Assembly (NCBI RefSeq): GCF_024521635.1
Contig: NW_026250409.1
Location: 1,364,001-1,428,000, forward strand
From: Tricharina praecox
Taxonomy: Eukaryota
DNA: 64,000 nucleotides
Direction of reading: 5' to 3'
The notes under the pieces were generated by a model. The model made no database searches. It was given only the letters and a program-made list of their open reading frames with translations, and had not been told where the DNA came from. Position numbers and translations under genes: made by a program. Shown here piece by piece: positions 1 to 12,155 of this stretch; positions within the stretch are counted from its first letter, which is position 1; the number at the start of each line of letters is the position of its first letter.

Positions 1-5
1 CTCTG

Positions 6-2531
6 TTGGATGATGCGCAATATTTAACCAGGGAGCAGGAAATTGAATTGGCGTCCGCTGCTTTTGACGATACGCCTGGCTTCGATGACAAGCGCGGCAA
101 GAAGATTGAGCAGAATAATGTCAAGCGTGGCAAGAAGATTGAGCAGCAGACACCGGAAGTGGAAGTGGAACAGGTCGTTGTCGACGAACAGGTTCAAATT
201 GATGTCGCCAAAGAGCAGGATGCCATCGTGGGAGATAACCATCAAGATAAACCACTGGAGTCGAAAATCAAGCCAGCTGTTAACGAAGAGCATATAAAAG
301 CTGTCCCCGCGGAGCAGCTGGTGGAAGTGGCCCCGATTGTTAGCCGCCAGCTTCAAGTCACTGCGGAGGTGGTTGGGGATGAGCACACCGCCACTTCGCC
401 GGTTACCGCCAACTATCCAGAGGATCTCGTGGATATCTTCGGAAATGCGTGCCCCAAGTATTCTCCTCCGCGAGCTCAGGCGTTCGAATCGGCTCCGGCG
501 TTTGAATCGTCTCCGGCGTTCGAACCGGCCCCGAACATCAAGATTGAAGCCCCGGCTACTCCAACTCGCTGCTGGCGTTTTATCGACGACGACACCATCC
601 TTATTGACGTCGAACCCTTGCCAGAACCGCTGGTGGCACTTCCTCCGGCTCAGACCCGAATTCAGGCGGAGAAGATAGTCACACCAGCTCCGGGTTTGGC
701 CACGTCAATTCCAGCCACGGCTTCGGCCACGCCTTGGTTCCATGCTTCGTTCCAGGCTACGTTCCAGGGTCCGGTACTGGCTCCAGTCCTGGCTCAGGCT
801 CCTGTGCAGAAGGTGACTCCGGCTCCGGATCAGAAGAAGGTGACTCCGGCTCCGGTGCAGAAGGTGACCTCCCTGGTGATGGTTATTCCTCCTCCAGTCC
901 CCGCCGTGGCACAACAGGTAAATCTAGCTGCAGCACCTGGGGTGGCATCGGTCCCTAACCCACAGCTTCCTCAGAACCGCGTTATACCTACTGGCCCAGC
1001 CTTCCCAAGCGCACTCGCGCCCGGACAACCTACCAAGGCCCATCAAGGCAAAGCTGCGCCCATCATCAATCAGGCCAGCACGCCGTCAGCTCAGAAATCC
1101 TACGCGAAGGTAGCTTCGGGAACTCGTGGCGGACGGGTTCCACCTATCCAGCCGGCAGCGCAACGAATTGATCCTCGCATACCACCTCCGTCTATCTCCT
1201 ACGCGACTGTAGTTACTAACGGTAAGAATACCGACTTTCCGCCGCTGGGTGCTGTTGCAAGCTCTGCTTTTCCACCGCTTCCCGTGGTCGTGGTGAGTAA
1301 GGGACAGCAGGCTCCACAGCACCCGGGAGTCAATGCCAAGGGTGGAAATGCTGCTCCCGGTGGCGGCAAGGGAGTGAGTGCTCAGGTTCAAACTCAGAAA
1401 ATGGTAGGCGCCCGGAACCAAGCCGGAAGTAAGAACACAGCTAATGATATGGTGAAGATTTTCGTTCCTCCACCTCAACCAAAGGCCAAAGCTCCGGTCA
1501 ACACCCAGGCCAACAACCAGTCAACCAAGATGGCCAGTCCCCAGGGCTTCAATCCCCCTCTTGGTCCCGCCCCGAAGGCGCCCGGCAGCTTCCACTTCCT
1601 TTCCCCAGCCCCCAATCAGCCCGCTGCACCTCTTGTATCGCCCCTCTCCCCGCCTTTAGGCGCTCCGATCTCCAAGAATATTCTAACTATCCCCCACCCT
1701 GTGCAGGGTACTCGCCCCCCTCCAGGACGACCCGCGCTCCCTCTCGGGCTCCTCAGTCCCCCAGGTCCTGTGCAGAATGTCCGCCCTCCGACAGCACCCA
1801 CCTTACCCGTCGGCCAGGCCATCCGCCCGCCCCCAGGCCTCCCAGCCCAGCCTGTCTCTGCGCCCCCAACCCATCCCGAAAATTCTACCCCCCTCTCCCA
1901 GCAGCCTGCCACCCGCGACCCTGCCAAACTGGCGAAACGCAAGCGTGGACCCAACGCAGGCAAGAGGATCCAGGGTATGCACAACGACGCGTCTCAGCAG
2001 CGGCAGCAGGCAGAGCTGCGCGAGACCATCAAGGCTATGCATGCTAAAATTGCGGCTGGAAAGAAGATGGAGGACATTTTGAAGCCGGATCCGACGAGCC
2101 CTCCGTCGACGCCAATGGGTAACAGTATGACTAAGGGTGGAGGACAGGTCGGACAGGTCGGACAGAATGAGGCGAAGGGTAGTCAGGTGCCCGCCAATAA
2201 GTTCACTGTTCTCGACAAAGATGTGAAAGGCCAGCCCAAGACCGCGAAGGCTGTCAACGGCGGCCCCAAGCAGCCCCCATCATCCACTCCCGGAGCCGGC
2301 CCCAAGCTATCCGCACCCTCTATTTCCAGCGGCGGCCCTCAGCCCACTCCTCCCGCCAACGCTGTTGCCGCGGCGCCAGCCCAGCAGGGCATCAAGTTCG
2401 AGTTTACCGGCCAGACGCAGGAGACTACCAATGCCAATGGCAAGGACCCCCAACTCGGCTTGCTCCCTGGTGATCCGGGATTCTTCATTCTGGGTCCGAG
2501 GCCTGGGGCCAAGGGTAAGAAGATGAGGTAG
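6..2531 (+). CDS. Large Pro/Gln/Ala-rich, probably disordered hypothetical protein; 5'-truncated by the window edge
   Basis: An 841-codon ORF that is open from the window start, so the TTG start is probably not the true one. It has internal peptide repeats (KRGKKIEQ x2, PAFE x3, QKVT x3), ends at TAG 2529-2531 and is followed by a T-rich 3' region. No recognisable domain. Confidence 0.75.
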   Translation: MDDAQYLTREQEIELASAAFDDTPGFDDKRGKKIEQNNVKRGKKIEQQTPEVEVEQVVVDEQVQIDVAKEQDAIVGDNHQDKPLESKIKPAVNEEHIKAVPAEQLVEVAPIVSRQLQVTAEVVGDEHTATSPVTANYPEDLVDIFGNACPKYSPPRAQAFESAPAFESSPAFEPAPNIKIEAPATPTRCWRFIDDDTILIDVEPLPEPLVALPPAQTRIQAEKIVTPAPGLATSIPATASATPWFHASFQATFQGPVLAPVLAQAPVQKVTPAPDQKKVTPAPVQKVTSLVMVIPPPVPAVAQQVNLAAAPGVASVPNPQLPQNRVIPTGPAFPSALAPGQPTKAHQGKAAPIINQASTPSAQKSYAKVASGTRGGRVPPIQPAAQRIDPRIPPPSISYATVVTNGKNTDFPPLGAVASSAFPPLPVVVVSKGQQAPQHPGVNAKGGNAAPGGGKGVSAQVQTQKMVGARNQAGSKNTANDMVKIFVPPPQPKAKAPVNTQANNQSTKMASPQGFNPPLGPAPKAPGSFHFLSPAPNQPAAPLVSPLSPPLGAPISKNILTIPHPVQGTRPPPGRPALPLGLLSPPGPVQNVRPPTAPTLPVGQAIRPPPGLPAQPVSAPPTHPENSTPLSQQPATRDPAKLAKRKRGPNAGKRIQGMHNDASQQRQQAELRETIKAMHAKIAAGKKMEDILKPDPTSPPSTPMGNSMTKGGGQVGQVGQNEAKGSQVPANKFTVLDKDVKGQPKTAKAVNGGPKQPPSSTPGAGPKLSAPSISSGGPQPTPPANAVAAAPAQQGIKFEFTGQTQETTNANGKDPQLGLLPGDPGFFILGPRPGAKGKKMR

Positions 2532-2917
2532 AGGAGGTAGAGGAAATAATGGGGATGTGGGGGCGAGGGCGAGTGATTGATAATGACGATGATAATGCGA
2601 TGTGATGCTTTGGAAACTTGGCTGGAGTGGTTGTGTTTGTGTTTACTTGGTTGAGGACTAGTTGAGGATCCTTTTCTGTTTCTGCTGGCTTTGGTTACGC
2701 CGCGACCTGTTGCTTTGTGTGTACACGCAGATACGAAGATACCTAGTTACCTAGCTAATCGACGGTCTGTCTGCGGTCTGCGTACCTACTCTGCTAAACA
2801 CTCTTCTTCTTCTACCTCTTCCTCTTCTTCCTCTACGTCTTCTTCTTCTTCACTTCATTGTAAATTTTAGTATCTAGCTAGCGTGCTAGTTGGTAATCTG
2901 AGACGAACAGCATCAAA

Positions 2918-2999
2918 GGTGTTCTGGCCGAGTGGTCTAAGGCGCTAGCTTCAGGTGCTAGTGGGGAAACCCGCGCAGGTTCGAATCCTGCGGACATCA
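2918..2999 (+). tRNA. tRNA-Leu(CAG), intronless
   Basis: Acceptor stem GGTGTTC/GGACATC with discriminator A; D-arm TGGCCGAGTGGTCTAAGGCG; anticodon arm CTAGC-TTCAGGT-GCTAG; long variable arm; T-arm GCAGG-TTCGAAT-CCTGC. T-runs follow (Pol III terminator). Confidence 0.97.
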
Positions 3000-3745
3000 G
3001 TTATTTGTTTTTGGTTTTTCTCTATTTTGGGAGGTGGAGGTGGAGGCATATAGAGGCGAAGCGTATACCGTCCGATGGTACTACCTAGTACAGGACTAGA
3101 CCTCCATATGTACAAGTCTTGGTGAAGATGGTGATTCGTGACGATGTGTTTGCTTCTCTACCGTAATAATCGCATATAGCAACGTACGGTACCGGTATGT
3201 ACGCACGCACGCACTCTTCCTAAATTAGCCACCGTCCTGTCCGCCGGGCGCTCCCGCCCCCCGCCTTCCGTTCTTACGTTCGCCTACGCGATATGTATGG
3301 GGGGTTTTATGGTGGGTTTTTACACAGCTCGGGGTTCCGAGCTGGGCTACCTGGGTAGGTCGTAGTGACTACCAAGCTCCGAGGGTTGGAGGAAACAGGA
3401 CTCGTTTGCGAGTGATAGCGGGTGGTTCGCCGGCCAGCTACGGTACATACCCGGTGCCTACCCTAGCCATACCCAGGCGATATAAGCGGAAAAGTGTCGC
3501 AAAGAGTTTTGTCTATATGCGCCCAACTACTACGGCCTACAGGGCAGAGATTGTCTGTTTCTCTCTTCGGGGTTCACTCTAACCATTCATTCATTCCCCA
3601 CGCAAAGCACACTACTTATACTGTTGTACATACATACAGACGGTTCCGACATACCTACTCCTGAAGGAAATCGCTAAAACCAACCCAATGAAACGAAAGG
3701 AGACAAAGAAGAATATTATTCGCTAACGGTTTCAACGGCTCGAAA

Positions 3746-4346
3746 TTACTGCCTACAAAGCTGTCAGTCCACCATCCAGGTCGCTTGTATGCGATTCCGG
3801 GGGGGGGTGGGGGGGGACATACAACAGCGCCAGCGTCAAATCACCATGAATCCTGGCCTTAAGCGTCACCTCAATCTCGAGGTTGATATCGAGCCTGAGG
3901 GAGATAGGATCACTGCGGCCCTCCTTCTCCTGTTGCTGCGGCTGTTGCTGTTGCTGCTGCTGCATCGGAGCCTGCATCTGCTGCTGCTGCTGCCGCCGCT
4001 GCGGTCTCTGTTGCCGTTCCCGTTGTTCCCTTTGCTGCCGCCTCTGCGGCCTAGCAACCTGCTGCTCCCCGCGCGCCGCGCGGTCCACCTCGTCGTCGGC
4101 GGGCTGTCGCGGCTTCCGCTGCTGAGGTTGCGGCTTCGGCGGCTCGGGGGCCTCCTCGCGGTCGGGCACGGGGGAAGGCGAGCGCTCGGGCGACGGAGAG
4201 CGCGTGGGCGACGGCGGCCGCGCTGTGTGCTCGGGTGAGGGCGGGCGGTTGGGATGGTCGCCTGCTGCCCCCGAGGCATTCGAGGCGCCCGAGGCGGGCG
4301 AGGTGGGGCGCGAATGCGAGCTGGGGGGTTCTTCGCGGTCGGACAT
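3746..4346 (-). CDS. Small Pro/Ser- and Gln-rich protein with C-terminal motif SLRLDINLEIEVTLKARIHGDLTLALLQ (uncharacterised fungal family)
   Basis: ATG at 4346 (context ACACAATGT). Exon 1 is 4346-3823. Intron 3822-3753 runs GTATGT...CTGAC...TAG. A 7-nt last exon (3752-3746) gives ...L-Q-stop. The C-terminal motif resembles a conserved ascomycete hypothetical family, from recall. Confidence 0.85.
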
Positions 4347-5447
4347 TGTGTTTTTTCTCTTGTCGGAGGCGGCGGTGGCTGGATACCGGTATGTTCGGTT
4401 CGGTGGATTGGAGTGGCGAAAGGATGGATGGATGGAAGGATGGGATGGGAGGGGGGGAAACGATGCGGGCGCGATGGAGGGCAGGCGGGAATATATTGCA
4501 ATAAGCGGTGTTTCGTGTGTATCCAGCCGGTTTTTGCGACTTCGTCCGACTACGTCATGGCCCGGCTTCGATGCGGTTTCCATGTGCCTTCCATGGCCGT
4601 ATTCCCAGTCGGCTTACGACTGGGAAGGCTCCGTGTAACGGCGCAATATATGATCCCGGAGAACTTTGACGTCATCGAGTGATATCTCGTGCTGAAAACG
4701 AAGGTTGTCTGTCAGACCGTGCCTATGGGAAAGCTTTGCAACCATGGGTGTTTGAATGGGATGGTGAAACAAGAAGGTGCATCGGCTTTCAAATCCCGGC
4801 TCAATATGGGTGCGTGGCCAGAGTAAAATCTCAACCCATGGAACAAAAGCTCCGGGACCTGTTTCCTCCTGTACAACTGCTCACGCGCAACTACGGTCGT
4901 CCACATCTCGATCTTTGGATCCAATATAGGCGATGTTAATATATATGGCAAGGAAAGATGCTTGAAATCGATATCGATCCCATCAAAGCTCGTCAGCGTG
5001 AAGTCAGAACTCACAGTAAAAACCTGTGAGGCGGGGGAAAACTCCATCGCCATGATCTCCAAACCAACGATACGAGCGCGCGCAACCAATGGCCGAGCTT
5101 CAGGATCGACAGTTTCTCCTGACAATCCTCTTCTCAATGACGGTGGCTGCATGAGAGGCGTCATGGCGTTCGCCATCTGTGGGAATCCTGTAGCTATGGA
5201 TCAGATCGAGGGTACCTATCGTGAAGCTCACGTTCGTGGATGGCCCACAACGGATATATAATCACCACCCAACGGCCGCTAAATCAGCTTCGTTTCAACA
5301 TCATCCACTGGATATCCCAAGAAAACAACCATACAGTTCCACTTCAGATCACTCGATCTCCACTTTTTTCCCGACACAACCGCAGTTCCACATATCACAC
5401 GCCGCGTCTCATTCCCCCGCTTCTATTCCAACGAATCGAATTCCACC

Positions 5448-6311
5448 ATGTCTGCCGCCGATACCCAAAACCTTACCCACCAGGAGCCGCGCCCCGAGGC
5501 CGACGATGACAATGACTCCATTGCTACCGTCGAGAAGCTCACCGGCAATGAAACGAGCGAGGAAATCGCCAAACGGCTCTCGGCGATTATCGATAACTCT
5601 CTGGAGCGTGTCCAGCCATTGCTCAACCTCATGAAGGAGGTTCGTTTCCTCCCCCTCCCTCCCGAGTCTAGTGGTTGTGGTTGCTGACAGATGCGAACAG
5701 GCGCTCGACAAAGCGCAACGCGACAAGGAAGCCGACTGCCTCAACGAGGAAGAGCTCGTGAAGCGGGTGCGGCCCTTGATCGAAGAAGCGACGATCATTC
5801 TCCGGGAAACGCACGGGGCGATCAAAGCGCTGGACCCGGACGGCACGATCGCTAACAACGCGACTCGCAAGGCGGCGTACAAGGAGGGCTCGGAGGAGGA
5901 GCAGCACTTGGCCGAGTCGCTCGCCAAGCTGACGGGTGAAGTCACCCAGGCTATCGAGAACTGCAAGGACAAGATCAAGGATATGCCGAATGTCAAGAAG
6001 GATCTCGGCCCCCTCCTGGATCTGCTCACGGACCCGCTGTTCCAGATCGTTAGTGGCGTGGGAATGCTGCTGAACGGTGTGCTTACTTTGCTCGCGAATC
6101 TGGTGAGTGCCCGACATTTCTTCCGTTCCTGCTGGTAAGAAGAAGAAGGGAGACTAACGCTCCTGTTTCCCCATAGCTCGACGGTCTTGGTCTCGGCGGT
6201 ATCTTCAGGAACCTCCTCAGCGGATTGGGGCTGGAGAAGATCCTCAAGGGACTGGGCCTCACCGGCCTCTTTCCGAAGGAGACTCCCAAGGACAAGAAGG
6301 ATAAGAAATAA
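5448..6311 (+). CDS. DUF6987-like helical protein (the C-terminal domain of fungal 'LEA-domain'/DUF3659-repeat proteins, here stand-alone)
   Basis: Exons 5448-5639, 5701-6102 and 6177-6311 splice in frame through canonical GT-AG introns. Motifs: EEELVKRVRPLIEEA..IL.E..GAIKALDPDG.IA, LGPLLDLLTDPLFQI, and a GLGLGG..GLG..GLG tail. Confidence 0.88.
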
Positions 6312-9051
6312 ATGTCCCGCGGGATGGAATAAAGACAACTGCAGGAGGAACGGAGGAAGGGTATGATACGAATTTCTTTGGTCGGTCTGTTTTGGTTTTT
6401 GCGAGAAAATACGGATTATGTATGTATTACGAATTTTTGGGCTATGTATGAATTAGGTAGTGCTGTGAATATATACTCTGGCACAGGCTGCGCGAGGGCA
6501 AGACAAACGAAGCTCCAAGTAAAGTTTTTGAGAAGCTCTTTCATGATTCATCCACTTGAGTTCAGTGACCGCCGTCAGTTGAATACTCCAATACGGGCTC
6601 GTGTGGTTGAGTGCTTCATCTAGGTACTCTAGAGTACCTAGATTAGTAGCGTAACCTGGGAAGAGAAACGGCGAAAATGAAGGATGATGGAGAAGTTGAG
6701 GTTTTATTCAACTTCGAAGAATTTGATGGAGGCACGGTTTCTTTATTCGTTCTTGAATGCTTCTCAGCGACAGACAGTTTCCATTGTTCATGCCCCCCAG
6801 TGCCATCCATGATCCACTATCAGTCTCCATTCTATTGTCTCTACTGACTGATTTCTGTTGTGTTTCAACTCAAAGTGCCAGGAAAAGCTCACCGGGGCGC
6901 CATGACTCCCTTGTTTTTAAGCAACGGGACAATCTCATTGCACTCTTGTCGGAATTTTTGAGACGCTCCCAGCTGTTTGGCCGCTGGCGCCCACTTACAT
7001 TCCCGCACCACCGCCGTGCCCGCCTCCGATTTGCCATTCATCGTGTCGCCGAACCCGTCAACCTTGCCGTGACCACAAGCCGGCTTCGGGAACTTTGAGG
7101 TCCAATCTGTTCACACTGCCTACTTATGTAGGAATACGGGAGGACTGATGTGTTGCGGAATCGATTAATGTGCTGTTTCCCAATGCCCATGACGGATCGG
7201 TTGTTTTAGCTGAAGATCGCCCGATGATCACATTTCATCTGCTACATACATGTTATCTACTGCCCAGCCATACGGAAGTCTGGCCCCTCTGTATGAGAAA
7301 GAGCTCTGATTGGAGGCGGCACTCTCGATGTGCGGCTGAAGATGTCTCACGGAGAGGACGTACTATCTAACTAATAGCAGTATGGTTGTCGGACGTGTCA
7401 ATATGTCGGATGCCGCGGCGCTATAGTAGTGGGTGATTCTGACTTCTGACATCTGTGGGGAAGTACTTACCTAAGTCCTCTTACATACACATATCACCTG
7501 CGAGCCCCACGAAGCCACTCACTGAACACCTACTAGCGCCTCGATCGTCAACCAACCGACACATTCGACAAGCATGCGCCCTCTCGCATTCGCCCTTTCC
7601 ACCGATAAGCGTGGTACGTATCGCAACCGGCCAGTAGTGAGACTTCTCCGCCTGCTCCTCTTCTCTCCACTCGTTCTCGGTGCACAACCTCTGCAGTGGT
7701 TACCGTACTATAGGATCGTGCAAGGACCGTGCAAACGTTTTCGTAATATGCCACCAGACTGGAATGGACAGGAAAGAGAAGCGGCTTGGGAATGACACAG
7801 ACTGTGGGCAGTGTGATCCCGCGTACGGGGTGTGAAGATGGCTGGTGGGCGGAGAGGAGGGCGGATTGCTGCATGCATGCCCATTCGACTTGGGGCTCTT
7901 GGCTTGTGCAGTGCTTCTGGGTGCGCTTCCAGTTGGAGATTGGTGTCGCTGTCCGCGGAGTTTCTGTGGAGATGAATGGGCTGAGTCTGATGGCATATAT
8001 ACCCATACAGAAGTGATCGCCCGGGCTGTTCTTCATCGTGGGCGAAAAAGAAGCAACCGGGTGCGGCAAGAAGCTGTGCGCAGAGCGAGAGTTGTGCTTC
8101 TAGACAGCAATGCATGATTGCGCGCGGGGGGCCTTCCAACCGCACCAACACCGGCCGGTGGGATGAGCAGTTCCAGCTCCAAAGACGGCCATTGCCCGCA
8201 CATGCCTTCGCAACTGTGCGCAACCGCAATACCTATACCTAATGGCCGCTGTCACGAAGACATAGATCCAGACCGCAATAACTCTCTCCTTCAATTCCGC
8301 GGACCTTGTTTGTTCCACTAGACGCCGCCCGGGCCGGAAGTATCTTAGGAGCATGGCCTTAGTGTGGTTTTCTTCGGGCTGCACTCGCTCTAATAACATC
8401 GGGAGTGTTCAATGTTCAAGCTTGGGGTTGGTGTCCCGGTCCGGTATGTATGTGCGGCCGGTGTATGCGAGGCTGCGGATATACTAACTGCTGTTGTATT
8501 GGCATGTATATGCAGTTGGGTCGATCTGTGAGACACAAGACACAGACGTCGTGACTGAAGACTAACATTCGACTCGTCCTCCGAATCCTGAGCAATCACC
8601 GAGAGAGACACACCATCAGCGCTGCGCTTCATCGCGGTTGGCCGAAATTTCCACGTTTTATGAGGGTGGGCTTTAGTACTGCAAGGTAATGAGCGACGAC
8701 TGCGGTCTGCGGCCAGCCACCACATCCAACGCCATTCCCAAGCCCCCCCTCCCCCGCCCATGAGTATAATACGGCGAGTCGGCGTTCTCTGAAGAAAACA
8801 CCGTCGGATCGATCTCATCCTGTCTTTCGAGCGTCGAAGTTCATCACTGCCCGGACGACGGAATTGCGAAGCATCTCTTGTGCTCGGTCACTCCGTTACC
8901 CAGTGAGCCATCTCTCGGGTTAGTAGCCACAGTCTCAGGACTGGCTGTGTCCCTCAATCCCGGCACGTGCACGTATTGACATTCGTCCACCGTTAGTTCG
9001 AGACGTCCGACTACTAGCTTGATACCGACGGAGCCACTGCGGAACCACACG

Positions 9052-11035
9052 ATGGTATCGTTCCGCACACGTACCGGTCGGTTATTTGACACCTGGTCGG
9101 CCTTTATCATCCTGTTCCTGATCTCGACCACGTCCGCCCACCATCAAAATCTCACCGCCGGCGTCCAGGTCCACAATCACACAACCCCGCTCGGTACCAT
9201 GACCTTTGCCAAAGAACCTGGAGGTCGCGGAACCTGGAGCATCATCTTCAGCTGCACCGCTACATTCGCGTTCTGTGTCTGGACCGCAGTGCACCCAGAC
9301 ACCATCTCGGGACTGTCGACTCGCCGTCGGATCTTGTACCGGACCATACTGATGGTTATTGCGGCCATCAACCCGGAAGCGATTGCTGTACTTTCATACC
9401 GGCAGTGGAGGAGTGCACGGAAAATCAAGACGGATTGGAAGAAGCACTTTGATGCGTTGCAACACCCACGGAAACATGAAATTTCGGCGGAGGAGCTCGA
9501 AGTTTGGCAAACAAAGAAGGACAAGTGGTGCGGAGAGTTGAAAATGACGGCTGCATTTTTCGTCGTCATGGGCGGATTCGTGATCGACAAATCCAAGGCG
9601 ACGTCCAACGAACGCAGCAAGGATAAATACCAAGGGAAGTTTGCCCGCTTCAAGAAGCCGGCAGCCGCGACGGGGAATCCCGGCCACTTCATAGCGACTC
9701 TCACGCCGAGGGGCTTTCTCGAATACCTCAAGGAGGGATACTTCAACGACTTTGAAAATCCTCCATTTAAAACGTACGAGATCATGGACAAAAACAAGGA
9801 AGATTGTTTCGGAAAGATCTTGGCTTCCTTGCAGACCCTGTGGCTGTTGGTTCAATCCATCCAGCGATACAGGTCCAACCTCACGATAACGCAAGTACAT
9901 GTTAAACTACCCTCCTCGGAAACACTGCTAACGGCGGGAGTATAGTCTGTTGGAAGTACATGTTCTGATACAAGTGGCCTGTACCGCTCTCATTTTTCTT
10001 TGCTGGCTGTCTAAGCCAATGGACGTCAACGAGCCCATCCAAATCGCACTCAAGCTGCCAAAGTCCGATCAGCGTCAGCCAGGGAGCCAACAGGCGACCG
10101 ACAATGATGCTATTTTCCGGTCTCGAACGAACATGCCCAGCCAGACCGAATCGGCAGAGAGATATGAACTTTTACAACCATTCTATAATCACACCGAAGG
10201 GAAGCACCTCACCACAGAGGAATTGCTCTGGAAGGAGGCGTGCGATATCAGTTGCAACCTCCTTCCTCTTGATCACTATTACACCACATCGAGAGCCCCG
10301 CTGAATCGCTCCGGTGTGGTCAACAGAGCCTTCTACGACATAATCGTAAACATCACCCGCACCGACCAGGCTACAAAAGGTCAATGCAAGCGAAGACCCC
10401 GGGGCGGCGGCGAAACGTCAAAATCCGACGACCGCACAGGACTCAGCGGCGTGGGAGGAGTCGGCATGATGTTTGCCGAAGGATTCTTCATCATCGTGAT
10501 CGCCGGGCTGCACGCACTCGCCTGGAACTTTACTTTCCCGACGCCGCTCGAACGGCTATTGTGGAGACTATCCTGCGTTGGAATGGCGGTCTTCCCGATG
10601 GCAGTTATTGTCTGCGCAGCCAAGAATTCGTATCACATCGATCTGGTGAAGGTGCTCTGGAACCACAGCACTGTCGGATGCCACGGGTGGGACTATTTGC
10701 CGCAATCGCTCGTGTACCTCTGCGAGATAGCGGAAGTCAGTGCGCTACCGGGATATCGACACCCATCCACCTCCTCCTGCTTGACTACGACTACCCAGGA
10801 AACAAAGTCTATGGATGCGGAAGCGCAGATCACGACCGAAAAACCGGTGGGCGGCGGAGCATCGTGGGGGAAAATCTTGCTTCATATTTGTCTGTTGACG
10901 CTGTGTATTCTGCTGCTGGCGGGCTATCTGGTCTCGATCCTCTTCATCACCGTCGAGGGATATATAAGTCTGCGAACCCTGCCAGATAGTGCGTTTATGA
11001 CACCGAGATGGACCGATTATTGGCCCCATGTCTGA
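9052..11035 (+). CDS. Multi-pass membrane protein of a widespread uncharacterised fungal family
   Basis: Family motifs RGTWSIIFSC..T...CVWTAVHP, AFFVVMGGF, EIMDKNK.D...K, TLLEVH, KPMDV.EP, GLHALAWNFTFPT..ER.LWR and VEGYISLR.LP..AF.TP.W. Exons 9052-9890 and 9946-11035 are joined by a GC-AG intron. Confidence 0.88.
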
Positions 11036-12155
11036 GGCTGTATGTATTTGGAGGGTTTTCACGGGCGTTTGGGAGGTTTTTTTTCTTCTGTTTTTCTCTT
11101 CTTTTCATTGGGGGGTGGTTTCTTTCGCTTGGAGTTATCGTGGTCTTTACTTTGCAATTTCCTGCCGTCCATGCATGCTGCTGTGTCCGTCGGGGCGAGT
11201 CAGGTGGGATTCCACAGGCAATAAATACTTGTTAATATGGAGTGATTCCTTTGGATGCAGGGGGCCGGAGATCGTCTCTCCTCATTGGTTTCATAACTTG
11301 ACTATGGGGGTGGTGAAAGCTTATTCCCTCGGGAACACCAGCTGCACACTGGTACATTGGTACGTACGTACCACCGGTATGTAAGACTTCACCAGTGATC
11401 ATCTGCCCCCGTGTGCACTGTGTGGTGCTGGCGATCAAATGCAACGATCGGTCGCCTGGTGCTACCGGTATTATCTGAAGCCAAGGACTCGGGGAAATCA
11501 CTTCGGGACTCGGCCCCCATTGCGCCCAACGGGTTCGCTCGGTGTTTGGTACGTTCTCGGCAGCTGAGGGCGGAGGCACATGGAGGATTGAGGATGAAGT
11601 TTGTGCGCCGAGTGAGCGATGACGGCTCACTCTGTGGGCACTGGCCGAGTATTCGCTGCACGTGGGTAAGGGCGGCCGCATAGAGTATCGAGGTTGTCTG
11701 CCGGAACAGGCCACGGTCGGCCGATAACTCAACACGCGCTGAAATTAGGTCGGGACGGATCGCTTGGGCGGTAATGGTCCTTCGCGATTGATCGTTCATG
11801 CGGCTTGTCTTTCCGCTGTTGCTATCATACCTCCGCCCGCGCTGGACGTCCTTGGTCGAGTCGTTTGCGGTGCTGGGAAAAGATTTGGATGATTCAGTAA
11901 TTGGCTCTGCTACTGAACTTTGCGGTATTTCAAGCTACGCCGTAATCACATTTTGCGTCCAACATGGGTGCTGAATCATGATGTCGGCATCTCATCATGG
12001 TACAAGATCTTTACGATGGCCTCTTCATTCGATAAACTCCTCTTCATAAAGTATCTACATACCTCATTACATACAACCACTAATAAACATTATTGAACAC
12101 GAAAACAAAAACGCCGGATACATGCAAGCCCATCTCACAACCAAGAAGCTACCCT

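Noticed and set aside
2918..2999. tRNA(CAG) as a sign of CUG codon reassignment
   Set aside because: It has Leu identity features (A73, Leu-type D-arm, T33), and CTG codons fall at conserved Leu positions in the genes here.
5409..6338. 309-aa minus-strand ORF
   Set aside because: Antisense to the DUF6987-like gene, whose splice signals are all on the plus strand.
6400..8900. Many overlapping 60-170-aa ORFs here and at 13500-16300
   Set aside because: No codon-bias or motif support, and I could not build a consistent spliced model.
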